In this document: in pieces, positions 44,743-55,553 of the stretch | Numbering within the stretch: the stretch's first letter is position 1 | Layout of the letters: each line of letters opens with the position of its first letter | Origin: Psychrobium sp. MM17-31 | Lineage (GTDB): Bacteria; Pseudomonadota; Gammaproteobacteria; Enterobacterales; Psychrobiaceae | Direction of reading: 5' to 3' | NCBI RefSeq assembly: GCF_022347785.1 | Contig: NZ_JAKRGA010000005.1 | Location: 163,519 to 227,518, forward strand | DNA: 64,000 bases | Position numbers and translations under genes: made by a program | The notes under the pieces: generated by a model | The model's database searches: none | What the model saw: only the letters and a program-made list of their open reading frames with translations | What the model was told of the DNA's origin: nothing

Positions 44743-45758
44743 CTTAGTTTTACGACTTGTTTGCCAAAAACACCGCCGTCTAACTGTGCGTGCATAGCCT
44801 GCGTTACGTCAGCGGCATCAAAAACAATTTCTGTGATAAGTGGAACTGTTATCTCATTGTTTGATAATAAGTTTAAAAGGTGTTCCCCTTTTAAACCTAA
44901 TTTTTGCTGAGCACACATGTCACCAGATAACCACGCACCGCCAAGTGAAATAATATGCACCGTTGGCGATTGGGTGAATAGCAATCCGGCGTCACAACTC
45001 GGCAATGAATTGAGACAGGCAATTTGACCGTTAAACTTTAGCAATCGAATGTTGCGCTCTGTGCCTTTGTCTCCCATGGCGTCTATCACCGCATCTAATG
45101 GCTGCGCTTCAAATGCGGTAGTCAGCTTATCTTCAAATGCAGGATCGCGATAATCGAACACTTCATCGGCCCCTAACTTTTGCAAATATTTATGACGCGC
45201 CTTTGATGCCGTCGCATAAACGGTTAGTCCTTTGGCTTTCGCCAACTGGATTGCAAACTGCCCAACAGCACCTGCGCCAGCTTCAATAAGAATTGACTCA
45301 CCAGCACTAAGATTCAACTTGCACAATGCTTGTAGCGCCGTCATTCCAGCACAAGGCAAAGTAGCAGCGGCCATCACATCAATGCTTTCTGGTACAGCGG
45401 CAACCGCATGTGCTTCGATGACCATATACTGTGCCAATGCTCCTTGCTTAGTCAGATCGCTATGCCACATCACGCGCTTGCCAATTAAGGGACAATGTTC
45501 AGTGTAACTAGCCACCACAACACCCACGCCATCGAGGCCCGGCACATGAGGATATTGCCATTTACCATGACCACCGCGTGCCAGCTTAGTATCGACGGGA
45601 TTTAGGCCAACAGCTTCAACTTTGATCAACAATTGACGGTCACCAAGTTTTGGCAATGGCACCGATTGTTTCACTAACTCAAAATCAGCTCCCGCTTGAT
45701 TAAGTACTAAAGCATCCATTGTTTGCGGTATTTGTGTCATAACACTGTCTCTCTTCAC
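44739..45758 (-). CDS. Zinc-type alcohol dehydrogenase/quinone oxidoreductase (MDR family)
   Basis: It has a GroES-like N-terminal region and a Rossmann motif (GAGAVGQFAIQLAK). Confidence 0.8.
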   Translation of the reverse strand: MKRDSVMTQIPQTMDALVLNQAGADFELVKQSVPLPKLGDRQLLIKVEAVGLNPVDTKLARGGHGKWQYPHVPGLDGVGVVVASYTEHCPLIGKRVMWHSDLTKQGALAQYMVIEAHAVAAVPESIDVMAAATLPCAGMTALQALCKLNLSAGESILIEAGAGAVGQFAIQLAKAKGLTVYATASKARHKYLQKLGADEVFDYRDPAFEDKLTTAFEAQPLDAVIDAMGDKGTERNIRLLKFNGQIACLNSLPSCDAGLLFTQSPTVHIISLGGAWLSGDMCAQQKLGLKGEHLLNLLSNNEITVPLITEIVFDAADVTQAMHAQLDGGVFGKQVVKLS

Positions 45759-45791
45759 TGGCTGACATCAAATTATGTCAGCCCAAATCAC

Positions 45792-48700
45792 TTACTTCTT
45801 CTTACTCATCAGCATGTAGAACACAGGTGTGAATAACAAGCCGAAAATAGTAACGCCGATCATCCCAGCAAATACTGCAACGCCCATTGCTTGACGCATT
45901 TCAGCGCCTGCTCCCGATGCTAACACCAGTGGAATAACACCAGCGGTAAAGGCGATTGACGTCATTAAAATGGGACGTAAACGCAGGCGACAAGCTTCGA
46001 TAATAGCATCGAACGGCGACTGACCTTCATCCTGAATTTCTTTCGCAAATTCAACCATTAATATCGCATTCTTACAAGCCAAGGCCACCAATACTATCAA
46101 GGCAATTTGAGTAAATATATTGTTGTCACCGCCAATCATCCACACGCCTAATAAAGCCGAGAAGATGGTCATTGGAACGATTAGAATAATCGCCAGCGGT
46201 AAGCGTAAACTTTCGTACTGCGCTGCCAATACCGAAAACACCAAGATAACGACTAACGGGAAAACGTAAATCATAGTGTTACCCGCTAGAATCTGTTGGA
46301 AAGTTACCTCAGTCCATTCGTATTCCATACCAGCAGGCAAGTTATCCGCAAGTACGCGTTCAATCGCTTGTTGCGCCTGATCTGAACTATAACCCGGTGC
46401 TGGGCTGCCGTTTAGTTCGGCACTTGGATAACCGTTGTAATGCATCACGCGATCAGGGCCAGTCGTTGGTGTCACCTGCACTACAGCGCCTAATGGTACC
46501 ATTACTCCAGCAGCGTTTCTGACTTTTAAACCAAGCACTTGTGATGGATCAACACGGTAATTGGCATCTGCCTGAGCGTTAACCTGATAAGTACGGCCAA
46601 ACAAGTTAAAGTCATTGACATACAGTGAGCCTAAATACACTTGCAAAGCATCGAATACTTCATTGAGTTCAATCCCCAATACCAGTGCTTGCTCGCGATC
46701 AACCACGATGTCCATTTGCGGTGTTTGAATGCGGAAAGTCGAGTAAAGTCCCATTAGTTCTGGCTCTTTTTGACCAGCATTAATCACTGTTTGCAATGCA
46801 TCAAACAACGCATTAAAGCCAAGGTTAGCGCGATCTTCGATTTGCAATTTAAAGCCACCAGTTGAACCTAGACCTTGAATTGGCGGTGGTGGAAAAATAG
46901 CAACAAAGGCTTCATCTATTACGCTAAATGATTGATTTAATTTAGCGACAATAGCACCTGCTGAAAGATTTGGAGATTTTCGCTTATCGAAACTTTCCAA
47001 TGTCACAAACACAATGCCGCTGTTTGGGCTATTGGTAAAACCGTTTACTGACAAACCAGGAAACGAAATTGTTTGGGCGACACCATCGGTTTCTAAAGCA
47101 ATAGCTTCCATTTCACGAATAACTTCTTCGGTGCGATTCAAACTCGCCGCATCAGGTAGTTGGGCAATAGCCACCAAATACTGTTTGTCTTGCTGCGGGA
47201 TAAAGCCACCAGGCACTGCTTGAAATAAGCCGCCAGTTGCCGTAACTAAGCCAAGATACAACACTCCCACTAATAACGAGAATCGAATTAGTTTTTTCAC
47301 TAAACGCTCATAAGCATTAGCACCGCGATCAAATAGGCGATTAAAAGGCGCGAAAACAACGCGATTTAACGATTTATCCAGCACGCGAGTTAACCAATCT
47401 GGTTTGGCATCATGCCCTTTAAGTAGCAGTGCCGATAACGCTGGTGATAAGGTTAATGAGTTAAAGGCCGAAATCAGCGTCGAGATAGTGATAGTTAACG
47501 CGAATTGCTTATAAAACTGTCCAGATAAGCCAGTGATGAAAGCCGTTGGGATAAATACCGCACATAATACGAGAGCGATGGCGATAATTGGCCCAGTAAC
47601 TTCTGTCATAGCCTGACGGGTTGCTTCAAGCGGCGTCAAACCGCGGTGAATATTGCGTTCAACGTTTTCTACTACCACAATGGCATCATCAACAACAATG
47701 CCGATAGCAAGTACCAAACCGAATAACGACAGGGTATTAATCGACACACCAATCCACTGCATCACCGCAAAGGTACCAATCAGTGATACAGGTACCGCAA
47801 TTAATGGAATGATCGAAGCGCGCCACGTTTGTAGGAACAAGATCACCACCAGCACTACCAAGACAATAGCTTCTAACAGCGTTTCAATTACAGCGTCGAT
47901 AGAACCGCGGACAAAGACCGTTGGATCATAAGCGATTTCGTAAGCAACGCCTTGTGGGAAATTCTGTGACAGCGTCGCCATGGTTGCGCGCACTTGATCT
48001 GATAACTCAATTGCATTCGAACCGGGACGCTGGAAGATTGGCATAGCCACTGCAGGCTTGCCATTAAGCATCGCACGTAGGGCATAGGTATTTTGGCCGA
48101 GCTCTAAGCGAGCAACGTCTTTCAAGCGAATTAATGACCCCTGGTCACCAACTTTAATAACAATGTTTTCGAACTCTTCGATTGAACTCAAGCGTCCTTG
48201 TACATTCAATAGTACCTGAAACTCACTATCTAAATCTGTTGGCTGTGCGCCTAAAGAACCAGCCGCAACTTGGCGATTTTGAGCGCGAATCGCTTGCACC
48301 ACATCCATCGCCGTCATATTACGGGCAGCAATAGCTTCAGGGTTAAGCCAAACACGCATCGAATATTCACCGCCACCAAACAACTGCACATCACCAACGC
48401 CGTCTAAACGAGCGATCTGATCTTTAATGTTTAAGCTGGTGTAGTTAGATAAGTAGCTGATTTCACGTGACTCATCTGGCGAGTATAAATGCACCACCAT
48501 GGTGAGATCTGGCGACGCTTTTTCCGCGACAACGCCTAATCGTTGCACCGTTTGGGGTAAGCGTGGCAAAGCACTATTAACGCGATTTTGCACCTGTACC
48601 TGCGCCTTGTCTAAGTCAGTCCCTAGTGCAAAGGTTACTGTAAGAGTCATGCGCCCATCGCTAGTCGCCTGCGAAAACATATACAACATGTTTTCGGTAC

Positions 48701-48917
48701 CATTAATCTCTTGCTCTAATGGCGTTGAAACCGTCTCTGCAATGACCTTTGGATTAGCACCGGGATAATTAGCCGTTACCACAACCGTTGGCGGTACAAC
48801 TTCTGGATATTCACTCACTGGCAGTTGAAATAGAGAAATCGAACCACCAATGAGAATAAGCAGCGACAACATCGATGCAAAGATCGGTCGCTGGATAAAA
48901 AAGTGAGAAAAATTCAT
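45792..48917 (-). CDS. RND efflux transporter permease (AcrB/MexF-like)
   Basis: The 1041-aa ORF has 12-TM topology and typical RND periplasmic loops. Confidence 0.9.
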   Translation of the reverse strand: MNFSHFFIQRPIFASMLSLLILIGGSISLFQLPVSEYPEVVPPTVVVTANYPGANPKVIAETVSTPLEQEINGTENMLYMFSQATSDGRMTLTVTFALGTDLDKAQVQVQNRVNSALPRLPQTVQRLGVVAEKASPDLTMVVHLYSPDESREISYLSNYTSLNIKDQIARLDGVGDVQLFGGGEYSMRVWLNPEAIAARNMTAMDVVQAIRAQNRQVAAGSLGAQPTDLDSEFQVLLNVQGRLSSIEEFENIVIKVGDQGSLIRLKDVARLELGQNTYALRAMLNGKPAVAMPIFQRPGSNAIELSDQVRATMATLSQNFPQGVAYEIAYDPTVFVRGSIDAVIETLLEAIVLVVLVVILFLQTWRASIIPLIAVPVSLIGTFAVMQWIGVSINTLSLFGLVLAIGIVVDDAIVVVENVERNIHRGLTPLEATRQAMTEVTGPIIAIALVLCAVFIPTAFITGLSGQFYKQFALTITISTLISAFNSLTLSPALSALLLKGHDAKPDWLTRVLDKSLNRVVFAPFNRLFDRGANAYERLVKKLIRFSLLVGVLYLGLVTATGGLFQAVPGGFIPQQDKQYLVAIAQLPDAASLNRTEEVIREMEAIALETDGVAQTISFPGLSVNGFTNSPNSGIVFVTLESFDKRKSPNLSAGAIVAKLNQSFSVIDEAFVAIFPPPPIQGLGSTGGFKLQIEDRANLGFNALFDALQTVINAGQKEPELMGLYSTFRIQTPQMDIVVDREQALVLGIELNEVFDALQVYLGSLYVNDFNLFGRTYQVNAQADANYRVDPSQVLGLKVRNAAGVMVPLGAVVQVTPTTGPDRVMHYNGYPSAELNGSPAPGYSSDQAQQAIERVLADNLPAGMEYEWTEVTFQQILAGNTMIYVFPLVVILVFSVLAAQYESLRLPLAIILIVPMTIFSALLGVWMIGGDNNIFTQIALIVLVALACKNAILMVEFAKEIQDEGQSPFDAIIEACRLRLRPILMTSIAFTAGVIPLVLASGAGAEMRQAMGVAVFAGMIGVTIFGLLFTPVFYMLMSKKK

Positions 48918-48930
48918 CTTAGTTCACCTA

Positions 48931-50100
48931 TTAATCGGCTAATGCGACTGTTGTTATCGCGCCAGTCTTTTTCGGGTTTAACGCCACTTTCGAAAGATCT
49001 AAGGTCACATTGCGCGGCGAAATGGTCATACCCGGACCGACTTTCGCAGGGCCGTTAACCGCAATCACATCATTGGCTTTTAAACCGCTGTCGATGGCAC
49101 GAAATTTACCAAAACGCGCGCCGACTTTAACTTGGCGATATTCCAAGACATTATCTGGCGTAACGGTTAATACAAATTGATTCTTAAGATCGGTACCGAT
49201 AGCACGCTCTGGCACCAACACCTTCACTTGGCTGTCGTTAGCAGCGAGCTTTAAGCGAGCAAACGACCCAGCACGCAAACTATTGTCATGAGTGTTAAAG
49301 GTCGCACGCACTCGCAAGGTGCCAGTCGACGGATTAACGGTGTTATCAATAAAGTCGACATAACCACCGTATTTCTGGTCGTTGTTACCGGTTAATTCGA
49401 GAATAACTGGTAATTGATCTTGCGCGGTAACATCGTGAAACTGACCGTTCCAAGTGCGCTCATCAATGTTGAAATAAGCGTACATTTGCTCGGTTGAGAT
49501 AATGTTGGTCAACACGCTTTGATTGGCATTAACATTGTTGCCCTTGGTAATTTCAGCACGTGAAATCAAACCATCAATCGGCGATGTAATGCGGGTAAAA
49601 CTCAGGTTTAATTGCGCGGCTTCTAGCTCTGCGTTCAAGGCCAATAGATCTGCGCGACGCTGTTTGGTGTTTGCGACACGAGTTTCAATTTGTTCCACAG
49701 CTATTGCGCTAGTTTTACCGAGATTAACGGCGCGCTTCTCACTCTTGATAGCTTGCTCTAACGCAGCCTCAGCACTTTTTATCTGTGCCTTTAAACGAGT
49801 AACTTGCGCTTGAAATGGACGCGGGTCAATTTGAAACAACAAATCTCCCTCGCTAACTGACTGGCCTTCAGTAAATGCTACCTGCTCAACAATGCCAGAC
49901 ACGCGCGGCATTAGCGTAACCACTTCAGGTGACTCTAAGCGCGTCGTGTAGGTATGCCATGCTTGCACGTTTTCAACGGCCACTTTTGCGACATCAATAG
50001 CGGTGGCAACAGGCGCTGGTGCCGCAGCTTCATTTTCGCTCATGCATCCGCTTAACAAGCCAATGCTTAACAATGTAATTAACGATAGTTTCTTATTCAC
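48931..50100 (-). CDS. RND efflux periplasmic adaptor (membrane fusion protein)
   Basis: It has a lipoprotein-like signal (LLSGC) and a coiled-coil hairpin region. Confidence 0.85.
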   Translation of the reverse strand: MNKKLSLITLLSIGLLSGCMSENEAAAPAPVATAIDVAKVAVENVQAWHTYTTRLESPEVVTLMPRVSGIVEQVAFTEGQSVSEGDLLFQIDPRPFQAQVTRLKAQIKSAEAALEQAIKSEKRAVNLGKTSAIAVEQIETRVANTKQRRADLLALNAELEAAQLNLSFTRITSPIDGLISRAEITKGNNVNANQSVLTNIISTEQMYAYFNIDERTWNGQFHDVTAQDQLPVILELTGNNDQKYGGYVDFIDNTVNPSTGTLRVRATFNTHDNSLRAGSFARLKLAANDSQVKVLVPERAIGTDLKNQFVLTVTPDNVLEYRQVKVGARFGKFRAIDSGLKANDVIAVNGPAKVGPGMTISPRNVTLDLSKVALNPKKTGAITTVALAD

Positions 50101-50218
50101 AACGATAACTCCTATAAATTTGTGCTCATTGTAAGGATCGAACTATTGCCAATAAATCAGCTATTGATAAACTTAGTGTTGCCACTGTGGCACCAATGAA
50201 AAACTGAGTGAGTAAAAT

Positions 50219-51190
50219 ATGGATACGTCGAGTCGTATGTTGTTGTTTTTAGAGGTGACTGAACGAGGATCTTTTGCCAAAGCAGCCGAGCACCGTAAGG
50301 TCGACCGCTCGATGATCTCAAAACAAGTCTCAAAACTAGAAGCCGAGCTTGGTGTACGATTACTCAATAGAACCACTCGTTCACTGTCACTGACAGGCGC
50401 CGGTCACGAAGTTCTCAAACGAGCACAGCAGCTAAGAGTGTTGTTAGATGACACCTCAAGATTGGCAGAGAATTATCACTCAACCCCGACAGGAACACTG
50501 CGTATAACTGCAAGTTATTCGTTGGCCCAGCAGGTGATACAGCCAGTGATCAATAAATTTAAGCAGCGTTTTTCGGATGTCATGGTAGAGCTTTATGTTA
50601 GTGACAACGTGATGGATATTGTCGGTGACAATTTTGACTTGGCCTTCCGCGTTGGTGAACTGAAAGACTCAACACTAGTGGCTCGTTACTTGGCTCGCAA
50701 CAGGTTAGCACTATTAGCTGCACCTGAGTTTATCGAACGCTATGGCGAGCCAACTTCCCTCGCCCAATTACAACAATTGCCAGCAGCTTGTTACGCAGGC
50801 AGTAAGTTTAAAGCGGACTACGTCGATTACCGCGATAAACACAATCAAATTCAGCGCATGCCAATGAATTGCGTGTATTTTGCCAATGATGTCGACATGA
50901 TGAAAGACTTTGTTTTGAGCGGCAATGGCTACTACTTAGCACCTGTTTTTCACATTCACGACGAAGTAAAGTCCGGTCGTCTAGTACCCATAATGAAGGA
51001 CCTAAACCTCGTTGATTTTGCAGCTATTTATGCGGTTTATCCTCATCGAGATATTCCACTGCGTACTCGCCTATTTTTCGAAGCGGTCAAAGAGTATATC
51101 GGTGACGGAGCGCCAATTTGGGAACACAATATTCCAAGCTTTGAAACCATGTATGGCCATCAGCCAACCAACAATACTATTAGCTTTTAG
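50219..51190 (+). CDS. LysR-family transcriptional regulator, divergent from the RND operon
   Basis: An N-terminal HTH is present. Confidence 0.85.
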   Translation: MDTSSRMLLFLEVTERGSFAKAAEHRKVDRSMISKQVSKLEAELGVRLLNRTTRSLSLTGAGHEVLKRAQQLRVLLDDTSRLAENYHSTPTGTLRITASYSLAQQVIQPVINKFKQRFSDVMVELYVSDNVMDIVGDNFDLAFRVGELKDSTLVARYLARNRLALLAAPEFIERYGEPTSLAQLQQLPAACYAGSKFKADYVDYRDKHNQIQRMPMNCVYFANDVDMMKDFVLSGNGYYLAPVFHIHDEVKSGRLVPIMKDLNLVDFAAIYAVYPHRDIPLRTRLFFEAVKEYIGDGAPIWEHNIPSFETMYGHQPTNNTISF

Positions 51191-51279
51191 CTAAATGATT
51201 ATTAGGCCCCAGCTAATTAAAGTCAGCTCGGCTCTAAGGTTACAATGAGCCCTTTTCAAAGATATTTCGCAGGGCCACC

Positions 51280-52296
51280 ATGATTAAAGCACCAACATTT
51301 ATCGCCGCGGCAACAATGCTATTTGCTAGCTGGGCCAATGCTAACCCGCAACAACAATTGCCACAGTTGCACCAAGCTGTAATTACTGGCGATTTACAGC
51401 AAGTTAAGCAACTTATCGCCAACGGCGCCGACATTAATCAGCTCGATAGCCAAATGGGCAACGCCCCTGTCCACGTTGCAGCGCAAACCGACCACACTGA
51501 TATTCTGAAATATCTCCTCGACCAAGGCGCTTTTATCAATCTACAAACACCGCGCTCGGGGTTTACCCCACTGCACAAAGCGGCGTGGTACTCGAAAGGC
51601 GAAAATATTAAATTGTTGATGCAATACCCTGCGTTAAATATCAATCTTAAAACCCCAGGCGGCGCATTAGCAGAAAACATGGTTGGTGGCTGGGATCGCA
51701 ACATCACACCTCAAGAGCGCTCTCGTTACGATGCACTAGCACAACTATTTAGTCAGTATCGCCAACAGTTAAACAAGGTAATTGATCAACAAAAAATTCT
51801 AAACGTAATAGACGACAGCAACATTAGCCAAGTTGATAAAGTTAAGAAAATTAAAAGGTTACTAAAACAGGGACAAGACGTGAATCAACGCCGTCCGGTG
51901 CGCAGCGATCGCAATGACTGGCACACACCACTGCTTGTCGCCTCGCGTGAAGGCTACACAGATGTCGTAAAACTATTACTGGAAAACGGTGCCGATCAAA
52001 CTATTCCTGGCTACACCATGAATGCCATCCCGTTCCATAAAGCGGGTTACATGGGACACCCGGAAATTGTGAGCCTATTGCTGGCAGCCCCCAAAGCCGA
52101 CCAAGTGGTAAACGCTCAAGGCCCCAACAATGGTTATACTCCACTACACGACGCAATTTGGCACGGCAATACAGAAGCTGCAAAGCGCTTGATAGATGCG
52201 GGGGCACGCACCGATTTAAGTACATATGAGCAAGACACTCCACAGCAGCTTGCCAAGCGTTACAACTATCTGGCTATTTTGGCGTTGTTTAAATAA
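51280..52296 (+). CDS. Secreted ankyrin-repeat protein
   Basis: It has a signal peptide (...ASWANA) and multiple ANK repeats (GADINQLDSQMGNAPVHVAAQTDHTDILKYLLDQGA...). Confidence 0.8.
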   Translation: MIKAPTFIAAATMLFASWANANPQQQLPQLHQAVITGDLQQVKQLIANGADINQLDSQMGNAPVHVAAQTDHTDILKYLLDQGAFINLQTPRSGFTPLHKAAWYSKGENIKLLMQYPALNINLKTPGGALAENMVGGWDRNITPQERSRYDALAQLFSQYRQQLNKVIDQQKILNVIDDSNISQVDKVKKIKRLLKQGQDVNQRRPVRSDRNDWHTPLLVASREGYTDVVKLLLENGADQTIPGYTMNAIPFHKAGYMGHPEIVSLLLAAPKADQVVNAQGPNNGYTPLHDAIWHGNTEAAKRLIDAGARTDLSTYEQDTPQQLAKRYNYLAILALFK

Positions 52297-52317
52297 ACCT
52301 GAGCTGGCAACGGCCTT

Positions 52318-53205
52318 TTACAACTCGATACGCTCGGCAAAGAACGCTAAAAACGCGCTAATGCGGGAAGAGATTGCCGAGTGTTTGTAATACACCGCGT
52401 GCACCTCTTCGCGCGGATTCGGTGATTGTACTTGCTCAGGTAACACCTCTATTAATCTCCCCTGAGCAAGGTCTTCGCGGATCATGAAATGCGATAACAA
52501 CGCCAAGCCATTGCCACTCAGCGCCAACTGGCGCACAGTTTCACCATTACTCGCCAACATGGTCGGCGCGATTGAGCTACCATCCTTCAAATACCAATTG
52601 TTGAGCTTGGGGTTGTCGGCGAAACCGATGATTTGATGGCCATGTAGCTCGTTGCATTGCTGCGGCACACCACACTTAGCCAGATATTCCGGACTAGCAA
52701 CGATTCGCAATCGACTATTTCCCAACTTTTTAGCGTGTAGATTAGAGTCTGAAAGCTGCCCTACTCGAATGGCAACGTCCGTCTTTTTCTCAATTAAATC
52801 AATAATATTTTCGTTAGAAATTAATGATAACTCTATCTCTGGATAACGCTGATTAAAGGCGCTGATGTGCGGCACTATTTGATGAAATAAAAACGGACTT
52901 ACGGCATCGATGCGCAATCGACCACGCGGCTCACCTTGGCGAGCCATCAACTCTTCTTCCCCTTGAGCCAACAAGTTTAAGCTGTCGCGAACACAACGGG
53001 CGAAATCGCGCCCCTCTGCTGTTAATTCAATGCGTCTTGTGGTGCGATTAAACAAGGTCACTGCAAGTGCAGATTCCAAACGAGCTACATTGCGAGAAAC
53101 TTTGGCGACCTGCATATCTAATGCAATTGCTGCGCTACTAAAACTGCCACTGTCGATAACCGTTAAAAAACACTGTAAATCTTCAATCTTCGATTTTATA
53201 TCCAT
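52318..53205 (-). CDS. LysR-family transcriptional regulator
   Basis: The HTH is present. The start is reassigned to the internal ATG (MDIKSK...), which GAGGAAGG precedes. The track ORF extends to 53250. Confidence 0.8.
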   Translation of the reverse strand: MDIKSKIEDLQCFLTVIDSGSFSSAAIALDMQVAKVSRNVARLESALAVTLFNRTTRRIELTAEGRDFARCVRDSLNLLAQGEEELMARQGEPRGRLRIDAVSPFLFHQIVPHISAFNQRYPEIELSLISNENIIDLIEKKTDVAIRVGQLSDSNLHAKKLGNSRLRIVASPEYLAKCGVPQQCNELHGHQIIGFADNPKLNNWYLKDGSSIAPTMLASNGETVRQLALSGNGLALLSHFMIREDLAQGRLIEVLPEQVQSPNPREEVHAVYYKHSAISSRISAFLAFFAERIEL

Positions 53206-53333
53206 CTCGCCTTCCTCAATGTAACAGCCCCACTTTATCAAAATTGACAAAATTAATTTGTAATTTTTGCTATTTTTGCAAATTTAAACCACGGGTAGAG
53301 TAGCGCCTTTCATTAATTGAAGGAGTTTTTATT

Positions 53334-54526
53334 ATGCCAATTGCGTTACTCGCACTGACGCTCAGTGCCTTTGCTATTGGAACAACCGAATTTGTTATCG
53401 TTGGCTTGGTACCGACAATTGCACAAGATCTTGGAATTTCGCTGCCATCGGCGGGACTATTGGTTAGTCTCTACGCCCTTGGGGTCGCCGTTGGTGCGCC
53501 GGTGCTAACCGCCTTGACAGGTCGCTGGAACAGAAAATTAGTGCTATTGGCGTTAATGGCGCTATTTGTGGTCGGCAATCTTATCGCTTGGCAGGCGCCG
53601 AGTTATGAAACGTTGATCATCGCCCGAATTGTCACTGGTTTAGCCCATGGCGTATTTTTCTCAATTGGCTCTACCATTGCCACAGGTTTGGTAGCCAAGG
53701 AAAAAGAAGCTAGTGCCATTGCCATCATGTTCACTGGTTTAACTGTCGCACTAGTGACAGGCGTTCCCTTGGGCACCTTTATCGGCCAAGAGTTTGGCTG
53801 GCGCGCCACTTTCTTAGTCGTTTCAATGCTCGGCTTAATCGCCTTAATCGGCAGCGCATTCCTCGTACCATCGAATTTAAAGCAGCCTAAAGCCGCTAAA
53901 ATATCTGAGCAATTAAAAGTGCTGACCCAGCCGCGCTTACTATTGATATACGCCATGACAGCTGTTGGCTATGGCGGGACTTTCACAGCCTTTACTTATT
54001 TAGCACCAATCTTGGAACAAGAATCGGGTTTCGCTTCCAGTACTATTGGCCTCATTATGCTGGTGTACGGTGTTTCAGTCGCCATTGGCAATATTTGGGG
54101 TGGTAAGCTGGCTGATAACATGGGGCCAATCAAGGCGTTACATATTATTTTTACCGCTTTAGCCCTTGTGTTCTTGTGTTATTGGCGTTTACCTTTACCG
54201 CGGGTAGTCAAATTGGCGCCGTGCTAACTGTGTTAATTTGGGGAGCATTCGCCTTCGGTAATGTGCCGGGATTACAAGTATACGTCGTTCAATTAGCGCA
54301 AAAATACACGCCAAACGCAGTGGATGTTGCATCGGGCTTAAACATTGCGGCATTTAATATAGGTATTGCCTTTGGCTCTATCGTCGGCGGCATTATCGTT
54401 GAAGAAATGACTCTGATGGATACACCGTGGATTGGTGCGTTAATCGTTGGCTTTGCCATAGTATTAACAAGGGCTTCAGGCTTTTTGGACAACCGCGATC
54501 AACAAGGACTGGCCACCACTCGCTAG
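53334..54526 (+). pseudogene. MFS transporter interrupted by a -1 frameshift near 54176-54227
   Basis: ORFs 53334..54227 and 54176..54526 together make one 12-TM MFS protein. The frames are offset by 1 nt in the overlap. Confidence 0.55.
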
Positions 54527-54530
54527 TGGC

Positions 54531-55430
54531 TTAAGAGGCTAATTCTTCAAGTAAGAAATCGATTAACACCCTGACTCGCTTCGCTTTTTGAGTATTGCGA
54601 TGAAAATACACATACAACGGCGAATAGGGATACCAGTAATCCTTTAAAATTGGCATTAGCTGCCCATCTTCGAGATAAGGTTCGATGATGGGCGCAACCA
54701 TTCTACCGATCCCTAATCCTTGCAACGCTGCGTCTAACATCACGTCAGTATCGTTAACGACCAAGGCATTTGGCACATCAACTGTTAAGGTTTCGCCATT
54801 GTTATTAAGTAATAATGGCGCAATTTGATTGGAAGTAATAAAGCGATATTGAATAAGTTTGTGTTGCTCTAGTTCATTCGGAGTCTGGGGTACGCCATGT
54901 TCTTTTATGTATTGCGGTGACGCAAAATAAGCTTCCACCATAGGTTTAGTTAACTGTCTCGCCACCATTTCAGGTTCGACGCGATCACCAAAGCGAATGC
55001 CCAAATCGAAACCATCTTTGAGGATATCGATGGCGGCATCACTAACGGATATTTCCAGTTCAATGTTGGGATAACGACGACAAAACTTACCGTAAATGGG
55101 CTTTAGCATGTGCTGATATACAAACTTAGGCACAGTTAACCGTACTTTGCCGGAGGGCACCTTACTTAAATCGCCAATACTTTCCACAGCAAAATTGAGC
55201 TCATTGACGCTAGCTAAAGTGCGCTCATATAACAAAGCCCCTGCTTCTGTTAATTCGATACGCCGTGTTGTTCGCGTAAACAGCGGCAAACCGAGCTCTT
55301 TCTCTAGCGCTTTTAAAGCATTACTCACCGACGGCGGTGCCATTTCAAGTTTTTGCGCCGCTTTACTGACGCTATTTTCATTGGCGATGGCGTGGAAAAT
55401 GATTAGCTGATTGTAGGTAGTTCCATTCAT
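54531..55430 (-). CDS. LysR-family transcriptional regulator
   Basis: An N-terminal HTH is present. Confidence 0.85.
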   Translation of the reverse strand: MNGTTYNQLIIFHAIANENSVSKAAQKLEMAPPSVSNALKALEKELGLPLFTRTTRRIELTEAGALLYERTLASVNELNFAVESIGDLSKVPSGKVRLTVPKFVYQHMLKPIYGKFCRRYPNIELEISVSDAAIDILKDGFDLGIRFGDRVEPEMVARQLTKPMVEAYFASPQYIKEHGVPQTPNELEQHKLIQYRFITSNQIAPLLLNNNGETLTVDVPNALVVNDTDVMLDAALQGLGIGRMVAPIIEPYLEDGQLMPILKDYWYPYSPLYVYFHRNTQKAKRVRVLIDFLLEELAS

Positions 55431-55553
55431 AGCAAGCTCAATAACACTATTATTAGTTACAGGCTAACAGTAATTTAGCTAAGCATCATCTAATTTTAAA
55501 TAATTAAATCTCATAAACTATGGCTCATTAATCAATTGAAATGAGGTCATAAC

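Noticed and set aside
52318-53250. Long forms of several regulator ORFs (52318..53250, 43810..44742, 59129..59734, 31421..32617)
   Set aside because: In each case an internal ATG with a good SD (GAGGAAGG, GAGGAAAA or AAGGA) lies immediately before the conserved domain. The 12-15-codon N-terminal extensions in the track are probably artefacts of longest-ORF calling.
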